A DNA stretch of 56,825 nt, counting the filler, from Sluysia triapertura (Eukaryota), in the NCBI GenBank assembly GCA_046118255.1. It is 4 parts of 4 records of this genome, joined end to end, with 100 filler letters (N's around TTAATTAATTAA, not from the genome) between each part and the next. Parts side by side here need not be neighbours in the genome. Positions count along the whole stretch, not along the records: positions 1 to 15,392 come from JBJNIA010229567.1; 3 more parts are not named here. One strand, 5' to 3'. The translations under genes and the position numbers were made by a program. Below the pieces are notes generated by a model. It did not search any database, was not told where the DNA came from, and was given only the letters and a program-made list of their open reading frames with translations. Below, piece after piece: positions 1 to 13,810 of the stretch (position 1 is its first letter; each line of letters begins with the position of its first letter).

Positions 1-169
1 TTAATTATGTGAAATAAAAAAAACGATTATTTATAACCTTTTTCTTTAATAAAAAACGCGCGTTAAGGGGTTAAATAGCTATTTAACGTTATATGATGGT
101 ATAACCTTTTATGTTAGTGATATTAATGAAGCTGAAGAATACTTCAATATTTCGTAACAGTTCGCAGCG

Positions 170-365
170 TTAGGTTGTCATCACAACCCTCTAAAATCAT
201 CACATTTCTTACCACAAATCATTTAAAATCGTCAATTTCCAAAAAATTAATTTTCGAAACAGGAAAAGTTATTTTCTAAAAAAGAAATCGAAAATTTTGA
301 TTGACTGATGACTAGTATATATGCTAGCACCTATTAAGTTTAAATTACAATTTAATAACACAATT
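170..365 (+). mobile_element. Non-autonomous interspersed repeat, family C, with terminal hairpin GGTTGT-CATC-ACAACC
   Basis: Homologous copies at about 6387-6700, 22690-23002 (reverse) and 54100-54320 share the terminal palindrome and/or a tgatgactag..atgctagca core. Confidence 0.65.
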
Positions 366-1041
366 TAATGATAATGCAACATAAAAAAATGAAATTAATT
401 ACTCATCATTTTCAGATTTTACAAGCCCTTTTTATCGAGCTATTTCTTCACATAACTTCTTCAATAAACATTCAATCAATTCAGTTATTAAGTATCAGTC
501 CCGGAAACTTTTGATTAATAAATTTAGTAAGTTATTTCTTGTAAGTTAATTTTGGCTTTTTTAGTCAAAACATTAAAATCATAGGCAAAATCATTTTTAG
601 TTTGATTTTCCCACCGCAATTTAATGAGGGAAAAAATTTATATTTAAATTTTAAAAAATAATAAAAAATATCTGAAAAGATTTTAATTACAAAATGACAA
701 TTACATTCTTACTTTTTTTATACTATTATCAAATCAACTTTAACTTTTTGTTATTAGTTTGAAGATAAGTTAATTCCCGATATTTTAAATAAAATTCATT
801 AAGAACAAGTTGGAATGAGATTATCTCTAATTATAAAAGTAAATCGATGCTATATTGTTTAGCAATGCAATTATTATTTTGTTACATTTTGATTTATATT
901 AAATTTGAAATTATTCTCCCAAGAATCTAATAATTTTCAAAGATTAAATTAAAAATTTAGAATAATATTTAATAAAAATATAATAATTAATTACTAAACA
1001 TTAAAAAAATAAAATACTAATAAATAAATTATAAAACTTAC

Positions 1042-1235
1042 TTTTTACTCATTATACAATAAATGATCGGATTAGTACAGCTGTGACTCATCGCGACAGC
1101 ATATGTAATTAAGAATATGGTCACTAAAACAGTTTCATTGCCATATGTAATTGTATTTAAAACTATGAAAAATGTTTGATAAGGTAACCAGCAAATTGCA
1201 AAAGTAATTATGATAGCTATTAACATTTTGACGAT
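1042..1235 (-). CDS. Internal exon of a class A (rhodopsin-like) neuropeptide GPCR, TM6-TM7; tachykinin/RYamide-luqin receptor-like
   Basis: Translates as IVKMLIAIIITFAICWLPY...AMSHSCTNPIIYCIMSK, with the CWxP and NPxxY motifs. It has a ttcag acceptor (ending at 1236) and a GTAAG donor at 1041. Other exons were not located. Confidence 0.88.
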
Positions 1236-2277
1236 CTGAATTAATTAATTAATTACTAACAACAAATTTTATTAATTCGGCTAATTCGAAGTGGAAAAGC
1301 TAAGAAAATATTGAATTATTCAAACAGCAGATGTTATATAAAACTATCCGTGCATGACAATTTATTTCATAATAAATTAATGTAAGATTAATCAGACTGT
1401 ATTGCATATGATTTATAATTTGAATTATTGTACAACTTTTAATTTCTAAGTGTAATTTAATAATAGAGTGATTATTTCTAAATGAATAAATATTAGAAGA
1501 AATAATTTCTACCGAAAGTATTTTTTTTGTTACACACTAAAGTTATTTTTTTAATTTATATATAAAAGCAAAGCATTTTTCTTTTTGTCTTGTGCCATTT
1601 AAATAATTTTTGTTAATATTAAATAAACAACTATTTTGAAAAATTATTTGTGGCGATTAATTCTAAAACTTTTATTAGTTAAACTTATTAAAATGGAAGT
1701 TAGTTCAGAATAGCTTCTCTTGGTAAATGTAGAATTACAGTTAGTAATAGTAATTTGAAATTATACAAAATTTCGCTATACTACATTCAATACAAAAAAA
1801 TTAAACTCGTTAAAATATTATGCAAAAATATCATTTTTAATTGAAAAGAAGACGACCCATAATAAATTTGATTTATTTTTATTTTATTCAAATATCGCAT
1901 ATGATTAATTAATTAACGCCAAATACAAATTTAATGTAATACTCGCTCGCAAGGAAGTGCGGACATTTCTATCTATAGTCAGGAGATTATTAATTATTTA
2001 TTAGTACTTAATACATTAATAGTAGACAATTACCATAAATTTTGATTTTTGTAATTTGAAAAGTGTAATTAAAATATTAATTCATGTTTATTTTAGAAAT
2101 TAAATATATAAAGTGAAAACAAATTAACTTCGAAGTGTCTCTTAAAATAATATAATTAGACGTTCATTTATTATATGCAAAACGTCAAATTTTTTAACTA
2201 GAAAATAATCGGATTTTATTTGATATGCATTAAAGTATGTTTAAATACATTCAGGGTTATCATATGTACTTTTTTAT

Positions 2278-2632
2278 CATGTTCCCAAACTTTTTCCTCT
2301 CGTAGATCCCTTGTCATGTTTTTCAATTTTAAATAGAACCCCCTGCTATTCACTTTGAAAGATTTAAATTTCTAACAGCAGTGATTCCCAAAGTAGTCGT
2401 AATATGGAGCGAGTGACACGCACATAAAATGCTCCAAGATCAAGTGAAAGTAGTATTACACAGAGGATATTATTATATTAATATTATATTTTTGTAATTT
2501 TTTAATGTCAAAATTGTGTCAGTTATACTGTTTTTTGCAATTTTTGAAATTTCTTGCCATTGACCCCAATTTTTTTCACTTAGGTAGACCACTTGCAGGT
2601 TTTCATCAAACCATAGGGTCGATGAATCACTG
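2278..2632 (+). mobile_element. hAT-type MITE (CAGTGATTCCCAAAGT ends)
   Basis: Closely similar to 35505-35828. CAGTGATTCCCAAAGT at about 2379 and GAATCACTG at about 2624-2632. Confidence 0.65.
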
Positions 2633-3350
2633 TATTAATATTAGGATCCCACATAAACTCTAAATAAAATTAACCTCGCTAATTAGCGGATTTCAATCCA
2701 CAACCTAACATTCTTTGATCTCCATAAAACTTTCATTATCATCTTTTGCTGACATCATAGGGGACTCAAACAAAAAATAAAAAGTAAAATATATTTAACA
2801 GTATTAAAGATTTCTCGCAAATTTATACGAAAAATCACTAATAATTTTTTGAACTACTTTAAACTACCTTTAAAATCAATTTCTATATTAAGTGATATTA
2901 ACGTTTATATACTTTTCGTTGTTGTAATGAACCTTTTCTTATTCTTGCATTTTGATATTTATATTCTTAAAATCGAGATAAACTTAGCTTCAAAATATTT
3001 ATTATTATTCTCATATTATTTTAAAACCTTGTATATATTATAAATATTAGTTTGTGTTAATATACCTTCACTGTGTCAAGTTATTTAATTTAATCATTAT
3101 TTAAGACCCCTAGTTATTTAACATTGTTTATCTATAGATTCACCTGTGTTTCATAATCAAATATTTTGCATGTAAGTTACGAAACAACGTAGCGGATGAA
3201 TAAGACTAAGTTTTTAAATGACTTTGACCACAAACAAAATCGACAGTGTAATTAAAAATCATGACTTTTAGATTTAAAAATTATATTTTGATTTCATTAT
3301 TATTTTGTAATTGAGTTTTTAGTTTATATGATGGCTGAATATTAATTTAA

Positions 3351-4031
3351 CCCATTACGTAGTATCACATCAGGTTGGAAAGAAAGCCTACGAAAATTTT
3401 TTATACATATTTAAAAATTGAATACCTCAAAAATTTAGGAGTTGCGAATGGTGAGTTTCTTAGGTCAACTAACTGAACCGACCCATCAAACTCAAAAAAA
3501 ATGTCTTGCGTATTTAATGAGATATGACTAAAGTCATTGAAAATTAGTGATGGGTATAAACCGTCAGCAATTCAAGTTTGGTCATCACTGATCATTGCGA
3601 ATTATGTAATTTTGCATCGTGACATTGCAAGTCATTTCAGGTGTATTTTCAAAATTTTATTAGGAAATTCTGCCATAACCCGGAACAAATCTACCAGATT
3701 ACCAAAGAATTCGATTGCAAATAGGAAGATATTTAGAGAAGTTACTATCAAGATAAGTGTAGTAGACTGATTATTCCTTTAACTAAAATATTTTGAATTT
3801 ATAAATACATGTAACTTTTTTAATCTCATTTTTCAGCCTAATATTTGAAACAATCACAATTTTATTTTAAGAAATAAATTTTTTTGAAAACGACGAACTA
3901 AATTCGCCAATGTGCATAAATATATTTATTTTATTTAAACAAATCAAAAAATATAATCAGATCACATCAATAAACAAAGTTGTACATAAAATTGTAAGTG
4001 TTTCAAATGTATAACACTGGTAAGTAATTGG
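3351..4031. mobile_element. piggyBac-like non-autonomous element
   Basis: TTAA|CCCATTACGTA ... TAAGTAATTGG|TTAA gives a 9/11 TIR match with a TTAA target duplication. Confidence 0.55.
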
Positions 4032-4159
4032 TTAATAAAATGCGAAAGTTATGCTGTGATTTTTATGTAGAAAAGACCTAACGAGCAAAATAAGTAAGAT
4101 TTGGAGATGAGTTCGGATAATTAGATACGCTTTATATCGAAATGAAGACGCTCTAATTA

Positions 4160-4505
4160 GGCTTTCTTAATGGCAGTTAGAAAGAATGGTGTTAAGATAA
4201 TTGTTTTGTATTCAATTAACAAAATTAGCAAGTTAATATAGCCTTTTTACGGTCTGATCAATAATTCTGTAATTTTAATTAATAAAATCTTAACGGCGTG
4301 AAGTTAGATTAATAACAAAAAAGTAAATATATATCTTACAGATAACAAAAAATTGTATAAACACAAATTATATAATAATATAAATTTACAACCTCAGGTT
4401 TAAGGCTTAGGCGGTTTAAAAAATTGAAATTTAAAGTTACAAATTTACCTAGCCTTATTACGGTGTAGGAAATAAAATAATATATTACGTAGGATTTTAA
4501 ATACC
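4160..4505. repeat. Interspersed repeat with reiterated TAGCCTTWTTACGGT motif
   Basis: Motif at about 4239 and 4450. A homologous cluster of four copies lies at 21450-21750, and a variant at about 14048. Confidence 0.5.
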
Positions 4506-6386
4506 CCTATTGTTTTAAAATTAGGACTTTTAATAAACTTAACCAATAGAAATATACTCATGCATGGAATATGTTTAAAAAATTTGTAGCTGGAACGATA
4601 ACAAATCTTCAATCCGGAACAATAACGATTTTAAGCCAGGATGATAATAATTTGTTTCGACGAAGTACCTTCAATCCAGAACGATAGTAGTTTAATTAAC
4701 TCCAAATATATAATTATTCCATTTAAACAATTTGTTTAGTATTTTTTAAATAATTCGTTCCATTTAATATTTTAAGTAGTTTAATATTTTTAAATATAAT
4801 AATGATAATATTTACATACACAATAAAATAACAATTAATAACAATCAAACCAAATTAATTATAAAATCAAATATTAAATAAGGTCAAATATAAAAATCGA
4901 TCATCACTCATTAAAATCAATATCAGCTTCCACCTTCAACAAAATTAAGTATAGTAATTTTATATTTATTTATTTACCATTATGTTATTAAACATTAAAG
5001 TCTTAAAATGATAAATTATAATTAAAATTACAGGAAGAAAAAAATAGTCAACACAATCTATATTATACAAAATAATGTGAAAAATTTTGTATTAACGACT
5101 AAGAACAAAAATTGAACCATATAAATGATTTAAACGAAATGATTGTGAACAAAACTACAGGGTAACATCATACATAAAAATTAGTGGTAAGTATTCCTAT
5201 CAACTGCGACTTTCAGTTAATAAGTAATTTTTTAAAAGATAAATACATCATATAATAAGTAGAACATATATACTCACAAACTATTATTAATTAAAACTGT
5301 TATAAAAATAGTCACGTAATAGAGATATAGAATAATGTAATTTATCGTATATTGTTAGCAGTAATAATGATACATGGTAAGACTTGTACTACAATTGTCA
5401 AAGAAAATCCGCATATAAAATCATAGGTAAAACAATAAGAAAGTAATATTTGACAACACATTAATGTTTTTATGAATTGTCAATATACATATATTATATG
5501 TCATGTATGTTAGTTTATGTATTATTTATTTATTAGCAAGTATATTAGTACATTAGTATAATGTTGTTCATGATCTTAATGTAATTATTTAATTTTATTT
5601 ATATTTACTGTATTATATTTGCTGTATAATCAAATAATGACTATTTAAAAATAATTTAATTACCAAATTTAAATTAATGATTATTAAAAAATCACCAAAT
5701 AATTTAACTAAATTAAAAACAAAATCTTTGATTACTTTAATTTAAACATATTATTAATTAAAGTATATCTCATTATTTTAAAAACTTAATAAATTATAAA
5801 AGTACATTTTATTAATTTTGAAGATTAGATGAATCATAATTAGACCTTTTTAAGGTCAAAATAAGTATATAAATACAAATTCTTTTTTCATTATAAGCAC
5901 ACAGAATTTTGATTTTATAAACTTACAAAATTTTTGACTTTATAATAGTTTCATTTTTAATCAAAGATTAATTTTTTATTTTCAAAAAGTGGTATCAATA
6001 TTTGATTACGAGATTTACAAGTTACTATTCTGGTTGTTGTCTCTCTGCAGATTCTCAAGTTTTCGACTAAACTCAATTCTATTCTACGGAATTTAGTTTT
6101 ATTTAATTAAGCTTTTATCACGAATTTAAACGTAGTGAAAATAAAGTACAAGAAACGTTTTTCGTTATACATAAATAATTGTCGAGCAACTATTGCCAAG
6201 TAAACTTTTAATTTAAAGTATATTAAACAAAGATCATTATTTATTATAATAATAATCTCTGTAAAATAATTATTACAGTATATCTTTGTAAGGTAATAGT
6301 CATTATTTTTACGTTTTATTTGAGTTTTTATCTCAGTTTGTATTTCTTTAATAAAAATTAATAATTTCATAGAGTTCTTAAGTTTG

Positions 6387-6700
6387 TTAGGTTGTCAACA
6401 CAACCCATTAAAATCGCGAAAAAATACTTTTGATTATTTAAGAATCAATTAAAATCCTTTATAAATTTTTAAAATCACTTAAAAAGTAATTATTTTTCAA
6501 CAAAGAAATTTATTTTCCAAAAGGGAAATTATTCCAAAAAAGGAAAGAAAATTTCTTAAAAAGAAAATTAGCTTCTAAAAATAGATAGAAGCTTTCAGAA
6601 TGTTCTAGAACATTCCATCATTTTCAATGGCTGATGATAGCATGTAAGCTAGCATCAGTATAATGAAAATCGCCATTTTGGATTTTGTACTGTTTTGCAA
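6387..6700 (+). mobile_element. Family C repeat copy
   Basis: Starts TAGGTTGTCAACACAACCC and is colinear with the reverse complement of 22690-23002. Confidence 0.65.
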
Positions 6701-7169
6701 TTCATCTAGTGGACAATCTTCAAATTTTATACAAAATTCAATGTTTAAAGTAATTTATTTTTATTAAGTAGACATTAATTTCGTGTAAGGAAATTAATAT
6801 CATAACATCCACATAAAATCAAAATCTCTTTAACAAAGTGTAAGGTTTCCCTGATATATTGAGGGGCAAATACGGGAAAAAAATCATTTATAAGTTAAAT
6901 ACTAATTATTATCATTAACTCTAACTAATTTTTATTAAATTTAATATTCATCTTAACTTTGTCATTTTCTTAATTTTGTAAGCAATTTATATTAATAAAT
7001 TTTTTGTAATAAATTTAGTTCCGTTTTTTGTAGGATAATTGAGCCCTTACTAAGTTTCTAGACCCTTTATCATTAAAATTGTCAAATAGTGTTCTTTTAA
7101 GATAAATGTTAATATAAATTGTCAAATAGTTAACCGGACCCTGCTCAAAAATATTTTGCCGTAGGTTAA

Positions 7170-7572
7170 TGTTAGTGAAACCACCTTTTATTGGTTCTTT
7201 AAACTACATCAAAAATAAAATAATAGACATTCATAGTTGTAATATTCACTAAAATCCACATTTTAAAATCGCATTGTATTAAAGGTTCTATTTATAAGGA
7301 ACCTGAGTAAAATTATATTTCTTGAAGGTTCTATTTCACAAAATCTATTAATGATTAACTCGCGCAATTTAGAGAAAAATTGAGTTGAGGACCAAATTAA
7401 TTTAATCTCGCTCTAAAGCGGACCACGAATTTAAAGCCTTTACAATTTAATACTTAGCAACCTTAATCAAGTCTGCATTTTAGTAATTGACCTCCAACAA
7501 TTTTATTCATATGCTTTAAAATCCTACGGACTAGGCGTAATTCGTAAGACTAGGATCGTAGGTGAACTAACA
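7170..7572 (+). mobile_element. Solo-LTR-like element, family B (TGTTAG...CTAACA), with 3' nested hairpin
   Basis: TG..CA ends with a 6-bp inverted terminus. Internal homology to the reverse complement of 20895-21316. No TSD visible. Confidence 0.55.
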
Positions 7573-8866
7573 ACATAAATTTCATTTATTGTTAAGAAAA
7601 AACAGAAAATATCCATCAGTATTGAGTTGAAAGAAAGGGATGTATGAAAAATAGATAAAAAATTGAGAATAGATATTGTTGTTGCTTTTGTAGAAAATGT
7701 ATTATTTTGTATTTAGGTTAAATGAATTATGATTAATATATTGTGTGAAAGCAGTTTAATGAAAAGGTTTTCTCTTTTGTGTATGTATTAAAACGACTAT
7801 AAAACCACTACATTTATATTTTTATTAACTTTAAATTCTTCACTGTCATGCATTTGAATGACATGTCACATAATGTGTTAAAAACAAAGATATTTCTTTG
7901 CTTCTACTTAATTTTGCATATATGAAATTAATTTTATACCCTTCAATTCTTTAGATTAATTAGAAATAGTTACAAAATTTAAATTCGTAGTGATAATAAT
8001 CGTTTTTCTTTAATTTCAAACGAAGCTTCGTTTGATATATAAACAAATAAAACTTCTAATATATAATTTAATTCCAACAATTATCAATACAATAAAAATA
8101 TAAATTTTGAAAGTTGTAAAACGTAAAAATTCGGATAGTATAATCATAATTCAAAGATAATATTTGTTCTTAAAATATGGCATCACGTTCCAATCCCAAC
8201 ATATCAATAGTGACAGATAAATGTTGGTATGTAATAATAATAGAGATAGGTATTACAATGTGGGTAATGATAGTTATTTGCTTATTAATGATAGTGATAA
8301 AATGTTGCTAATAGAATTTATAGTGAATGACATCGGTATTAAGTACTGGTTTAATAATATTACAAACTACATATCGGACAAATTATGTAAGTTAATGTAG
8401 AAATAAATAAAGGAAAAAACAATGCAACTAAGTTAATGGAACAATGTTTAGAATTTTTTCGAGTGAATTTATTTGTTGGACGATTATCAATTAAATAATC
8501 TAGTTGGACGATTAAAAACTAATTATTTATTTGGCCAATTTAAAATTTTATTTTTTATTATTCATTTGAACAATTAAAAGCAGATCAAGTTAATTAACCT
8601 ATTAACTTAAATTAAAATTTTTTATTTCTGAAGCTAAAAGTTGTGTCTAAATTCTAATAATTATCCTAATCGTATCCAAATAATTTGTGTAATAAATAGT
8701 TTGTTTTGTTTTAGAAGAGAGTAGAAAAAGAATTTACATTAAAGGTTCACTTAAAGATAAAGCGACACATTCCATCTCTTAAATCAGAGACGAGTTCCAC
8801 TCCAACTACCAGACAAAAATAAAAATAGAAATAAATTTAAATATTACAATAATAATAATAACCTAC

Positions 8867-9320
8867 TTTAGCAATATCAACTATTTCATCATCAGTCATT
8901 TGAAATTCTTTATCAACTGGAACGAAATTTGATCGATATCGTGATTCATTTTCAGCACAGTTGATTAACTTGTAAGGCAGAGGACAGACATCTACTGAAG
9001 TATCTTCACAATATTCACCATATTCGATTTTGTATACAAATTTCTTTTTATTGTTGCTTTCATTATCATTAGTTAAATTTTTACAAGTACTGTCACTAAT
9101 ATCATTATCACCATCATTACTCTCCTCATCGCTCTCATCACCATTATTTTCATTAACATTAGCATTTGATTGATCCAAAATACATTTTCTGAATTGATCA
9201 ATACGAGCTAGTAATTCATCATTTTCAGTTTCCATGAATTCCTCATATTTGTCTATCATAAGCTCTATCAGCAATTCGGAATCGATATTTTTACCGGAAT
9301 CAATAATTTTTCGTAAATCA
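8867..9320 (-). CDS. Acidic exon, probably the middle region of the BRF1-like gene
   Basis: Open frame DLRKIIDSGKNID...MTDDEIVDIAK with a ttaag acceptor and a GTAGGT donor. The phase-2 acceptor fits the phase-2 donor of exon 11312-11570. The BRF1 assignment rests mainly on this join. Confidence 0.55.
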
Positions 9321-11311
9321 CTTAATAAAATAATTTAAAAATAATCATTATATATATATATATTAAAAATGGATATACTTCAGCGTAAAAATGGTTCTAT
9401 TTACATAGAGAAGTACAAGTCAGTATCCACGAGAAGAGAATAAATTCAGAGATTAAAGTTTAATCATTCTGAATGGCAACATCATCCAAAAATTTAAAGA
9501 ATCAGGATATTTCATAATTAGGTAGACCGTCTTTTTATGATGAAAAATTAGGGTAATATCAGAGGATTTTAATCAAAGTTTACAGTCTTCTATCAGAAAA
9601 TTAACAATTCGCAACAATATTTTAATAAATAACTTGAAAATACGAACCCGGAAATTTCAAATAACTAAAAAGTTCTATAAAGATTGTGCACTTACATATT
9701 TTACTTGAAACTTTGCTTAGAACGATTAAGATTTACTTAAAATACATTAGTCTCTCATGAGTCCGCATTTTTTTCTTAACAGCTTAGTAAATAGATATAT
9801 CTACGAAAACATTTGATAAGTTACAGTCAAGTGCCTAATTAATGCTTGCATGGCAATTTCTTTTAACAGAGTTTATGGTCACTTTTCTATTGAAGTAAAA
9901 TTACAAGAGCGTGATATCTCGATATGTTAAAAAGGTAGGTTTTGAAGACTTAAAATTGTGTGTTATAATAAAAAATTAAAGTTTAAAACACCTAAGATTA
10001 CCATGCATTATGGGCGCATATTATGAGGTGTCGTATTAAAATATCTTAAAATAAATAAAGAACCCGCACAGTGTCGACAATGATTTGCAATATTTGTCTG
10101 TTTTTAATTTTTAGTGAATCATATTTTACAAAATATGTCGAGTTACTCTGAATAAGACATTAATCTGGGTCTTTGTCCATTAAATTCTAAGTTAGCCTTG
10201 TGATAATGCTCTTATCACATTACAGTTTGAAGAACACTACTTACTCTGAAATAGCATTTAACATTGTGTAGAAAAAATTTAATTTATTTAATTTCATTGA
10301 CTAAAACTAATAACAAAAAATAATTGAGATGAGAAAATTTTATTTCAGGAAAATAATGATCATATATCAACACTGTACAAGAACGCAATTGATACTAAAA
10401 ATACCTCCTTTAATATGTTCACATATTCGGAACGAGGAATTAAATTATCAACGGCTGCTTTGTTTCCACTGGTTTCTGGTGGATCATTATGATAATATTT
10501 TGCCAGCAAGTACTAGCATGATTTGTTTAGAATTTTCATAATTGACTAATGAGAAATAAGAAATTAAAATTGTGTTTTTATGAGATACACTCTAACAAAC
10601 AGCAAACTATTCATTACAAACAAGTAAACACATAAAATAGTGATAAAATTAATAAGATTGAAAAAATTAACATCTACGTAGTCATAATTACTTGGCTATT
10701 GTAAACACAATAAGAAACTCATATCCGGACAGTCAAGTTAAGTAAAATTAATGTTACATTCAACGCATTAAAATATGATATACTTACAGTTTAATGTAAT
10801 ATTAATTGGGTCTTTTAAAGTTAATATTTAATGAATCCAATGAGATAAAATAGATTGAAATTATTTCCTTATTCTGTCGATTTTTATTGATGAATTAATC
10901 ATTTAATTTAAGAAATTATAACATATTTCACAGGTTCCAGCTTTTAGTTCATAAAATTCTTGACCGCTTTACAGTAAATATATGCTTTCTGAGTAAAGTG
11001 AAATTTTTATATATGGTTTTATAGAAAACCTTTTGAACCTTTGTTAGCGATCTTTGGTATTTTATTGTTAAAATGTATCATGATTGAAACAATGTGTTCT
11101 AATTGTATTTAAAATAGAAGATTGCCGGTAACACTGATCAGTTACAAAATCAGTAAAAATAATATTATCATAAAGCATGACACTTTCGTTTTCACTCCGT
11201 TAGATATGTAATAAAAAGTGTTTTAGGTGACATATTTTTTAGCTTTAAATAATATATATTATATTAAAAATTTTTAGCATATTTACTTTTAATTGATATA
11301 AAAAATTTTAC

Positions 11312-11570
11312 ACAGTATGTAGTTTGTGCAACTTCGGATTTTCTAATTCTTTCATAATATCTTCCAGTTCCTGCTCTAATTGTTCACTGTCACCAATACT
11401 TGGGGTATTATCATTATTATTAGATTCAGATTCATTTTTATCGGAAAATGACGGTGGATTACATTCTTCAACGAGATCAAGACTTGTCAATTCCTCCATT
11501 GTTAATTTGGCCGTTGGCGTTTGAAGAAATTCACGGACTCGCTTTACAATAGTCAATTTGCTAACACCAC
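11312..11570 (-). CDS. BRF1: Exon of TFIIIB 90 kDa subunit (BRF1)-like gene
   Basis: VSKLTIVKRVREFLQTPTAKLTMEELTSLDLVEECNPPSF matches the BRF1 block [40 protein letters not shown]. cttag acceptor and GTAAAA donor. Confidence 0.8.
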
Positions 11571-12442
11571 CTAAGTGTAAAATTTATATCTTAAAAGAAA
11601 ATAAAACACAAAAGATACCACTATTATGATAACCCATTATAGATCCAGTTTTTTTATTTTTCTATTTAATCTCATATATTTTATGGGTTAGAGGAAGAAG
11701 AAAGTAAGCATACTGATGCATACATTTCAACTTTATTACCGTGTGTTTAACAGTTAACGAGATTTTTATATTTATAATGTTTTGAAAGACCCAGAAATAT
11801 ATAATGAAATTTTAAAACACAATTTTTTAAAGACGTACTGTATAAAATAAAAACCGATGCTACGTAACTGAGTAGAAAAATTAGAAACTACTTAATTTTC
11901 AATTTAATACGGTAACTAAATTCTCGTGAATTTCTATAGCGATTCTGTTATTGTCAGGGCGCACGCATACTAAACTATAATTGATAACAAAAATAATAAG
12001 AGTACAATAATAATAATAATAAATTTCTATTAAATTAGAAAACTTCTACCAAATAAATTTTTACTACCATAAAATACTTAAAGTGTGTTCGCCTGTGATA
12101 TAAGACTTACACACTTAAGGGCTTATCTACAAGCTTTTAGAATAATTTCAAATCACTAATAGTATGAAGATCTATAATAATGAATATTGATTCGTAGATA
12201 ATTAAAGTCTATATTCAATAATCACTGAAAATTAATTTTAAATTATTTAGACTTTAGTAATGATTTTAACCACATTTTAAAATGATATTAAATAAAATGG
12301 TTTTACCGTTTTCTTAAACAGGAGGCAAAACCGTAAAGATTTTAAATGATTTTTATTTGTCATTTAATTAAACCTTAGATTTGAATTCTGTCTCAAAATG
12401 GAATGAACGCCATTTAGAGGGATTGTAAAATAATGAAATCTC

Positions 12443-12519
12443 TTAATCCCTTAATGCACAATTTTTTAAAAAAACCGTGCACGCCCGTGTTAATACGTTT
12501 CTGCGCGTTAAGTGGTTAA
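12443..12519. mobile_element. Tiny piggyBac-like MITE
   Basis: TTAA-TCCCTTAATGCACA ... TGCGCGTTAAGTGG-TTAA. The same right end occurs at 57-74 and about 51695-51709. Confidence 0.5.
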
Positions 12520-13431
12520 TCACCGAAAGCCATTATTTTAATCACAGGTGAAACACATATGTATATAATAATTAGTAAAATTAGGATAAAACGAGTATTA
12601 ACAGAGTTAATTAATCTAAAATTCAATTCAGCATAAACACAAGTAACAAAATAATTTAATTTAAACAACACTTAATATGTTCGTTTCATTATTTATTAAT
12701 AAAAATTAAATGTAAGTGAAACTACAATTTTCATTTATTAATTAGCAAAAATTAATATTAAAAATATATTTAATCGAAATTTGTTTGCGAGTCCTGCTTT
12801 AAAGTGACTAAATAATATCTAAACATTGGTATTAATGAAAGTAAAGTTGGTGTTTTACTGCAGTTAATTACATAAGTTACACAAAGACTTAAAGGAAAAA
12901 CATTTAAATTCAGTTAATTTCAGTTAATTCATTTAATATTACTATTGTTTTATAATTACAATTATTTAACAAAAAATATTAAATAATGATTATCAACCAT
13001 ACTGAATTTTGTATTATATTTATGAAATGAAGTGCTTTTTTGATTTTGATTTATTTTCAAATATAAGACCGTTTAACATTATATTTGTTAAAATCATTAA
13101 CTTAACTCAATGTAAACAGCTTCAATTTATTAATACTATAAGTTTTATTCCCCACTGCATAGTATTATTCTCCGAAATTGTCTTTGTTTCGTTTCACTGG
13201 TGGCCAATCTTTTGTTCCAAGATCAAAATTATATCTGTTTATCCTACACAAAGCCCATTTATTTATAGGCAACAAACGAGTTACTCACGCGATACCTGAC
13301 TATGTATAGTGGTTGATCCCCGTCTACTATGGGTCAGATCGGTTCCTTCCGTAGTTTTTGCTTGATAAAGTACTAATCTAATGTATTTTTTGGTAATATA
13401 TAATATTGTACATTTTTATTTTTATACCATA

Positions 13432-13810
13432 TGTGGTGGCCAACCCACAATTTAAGATTAAAAATAACTGTATTAAATAACCTTAACCACAACCATACTC
13501 ATTAACTATAACCATCACACAATTCGATTCATAAAACAACAATACACAATCATAACACTTTTCCAACTTACATTCACCAACGAAACAAACAAAGGTGTAA
13601 ATATCAACTAAAGAAAACATCAAATGTTTGGAACACAAATAAATAAATTAATTACTTATTATTATAACAACATATATTTTAACAATTCATATAAAAATTA
13701 TAAATTAAAAAAATAAAATATTTTTGTTTTAAAAATATAATTTAACTAAATAAATTGCGCCAAATTTTTAAACAAAAATGGTAAAGGTGTTTTTAAAAGG
13801 TCACCCACCA
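13432..13810 (+). mobile_element. Family A terminal repeat (TGTGGTGGCCAACC plus CA-rich tract), short copy
   Basis: Same 14-bp terminus as 16468, 27101 (rc) and 30575 (rc), with a one-mismatch version at 38632 (rc). Possible imperfect opposite end GGTCACCCACCA at about 13799-13810. Confidence 0.55.

Noticed and set aside
4239-4255. U5 snRNA loop-like GCCTTTTTAC
   Set aside because: No flanking U5 stem or Sm site. The motif is reiterated within a repeat.
2849-6370. Short F/I/L/K/Y-rich ORFs (2849, 3537, 6107 and similar ones elsewhere)
   Set aside because: Composition expected by chance in very AT-rich DNA, with no motifs or splice support.
11324-11524. Antisense ORFs (11324+, 17805-, 18616-, 19592-, 27401-, 49922+)
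   Set aside because: Shadows of coding or low-complexity sequence on the opposite strand.
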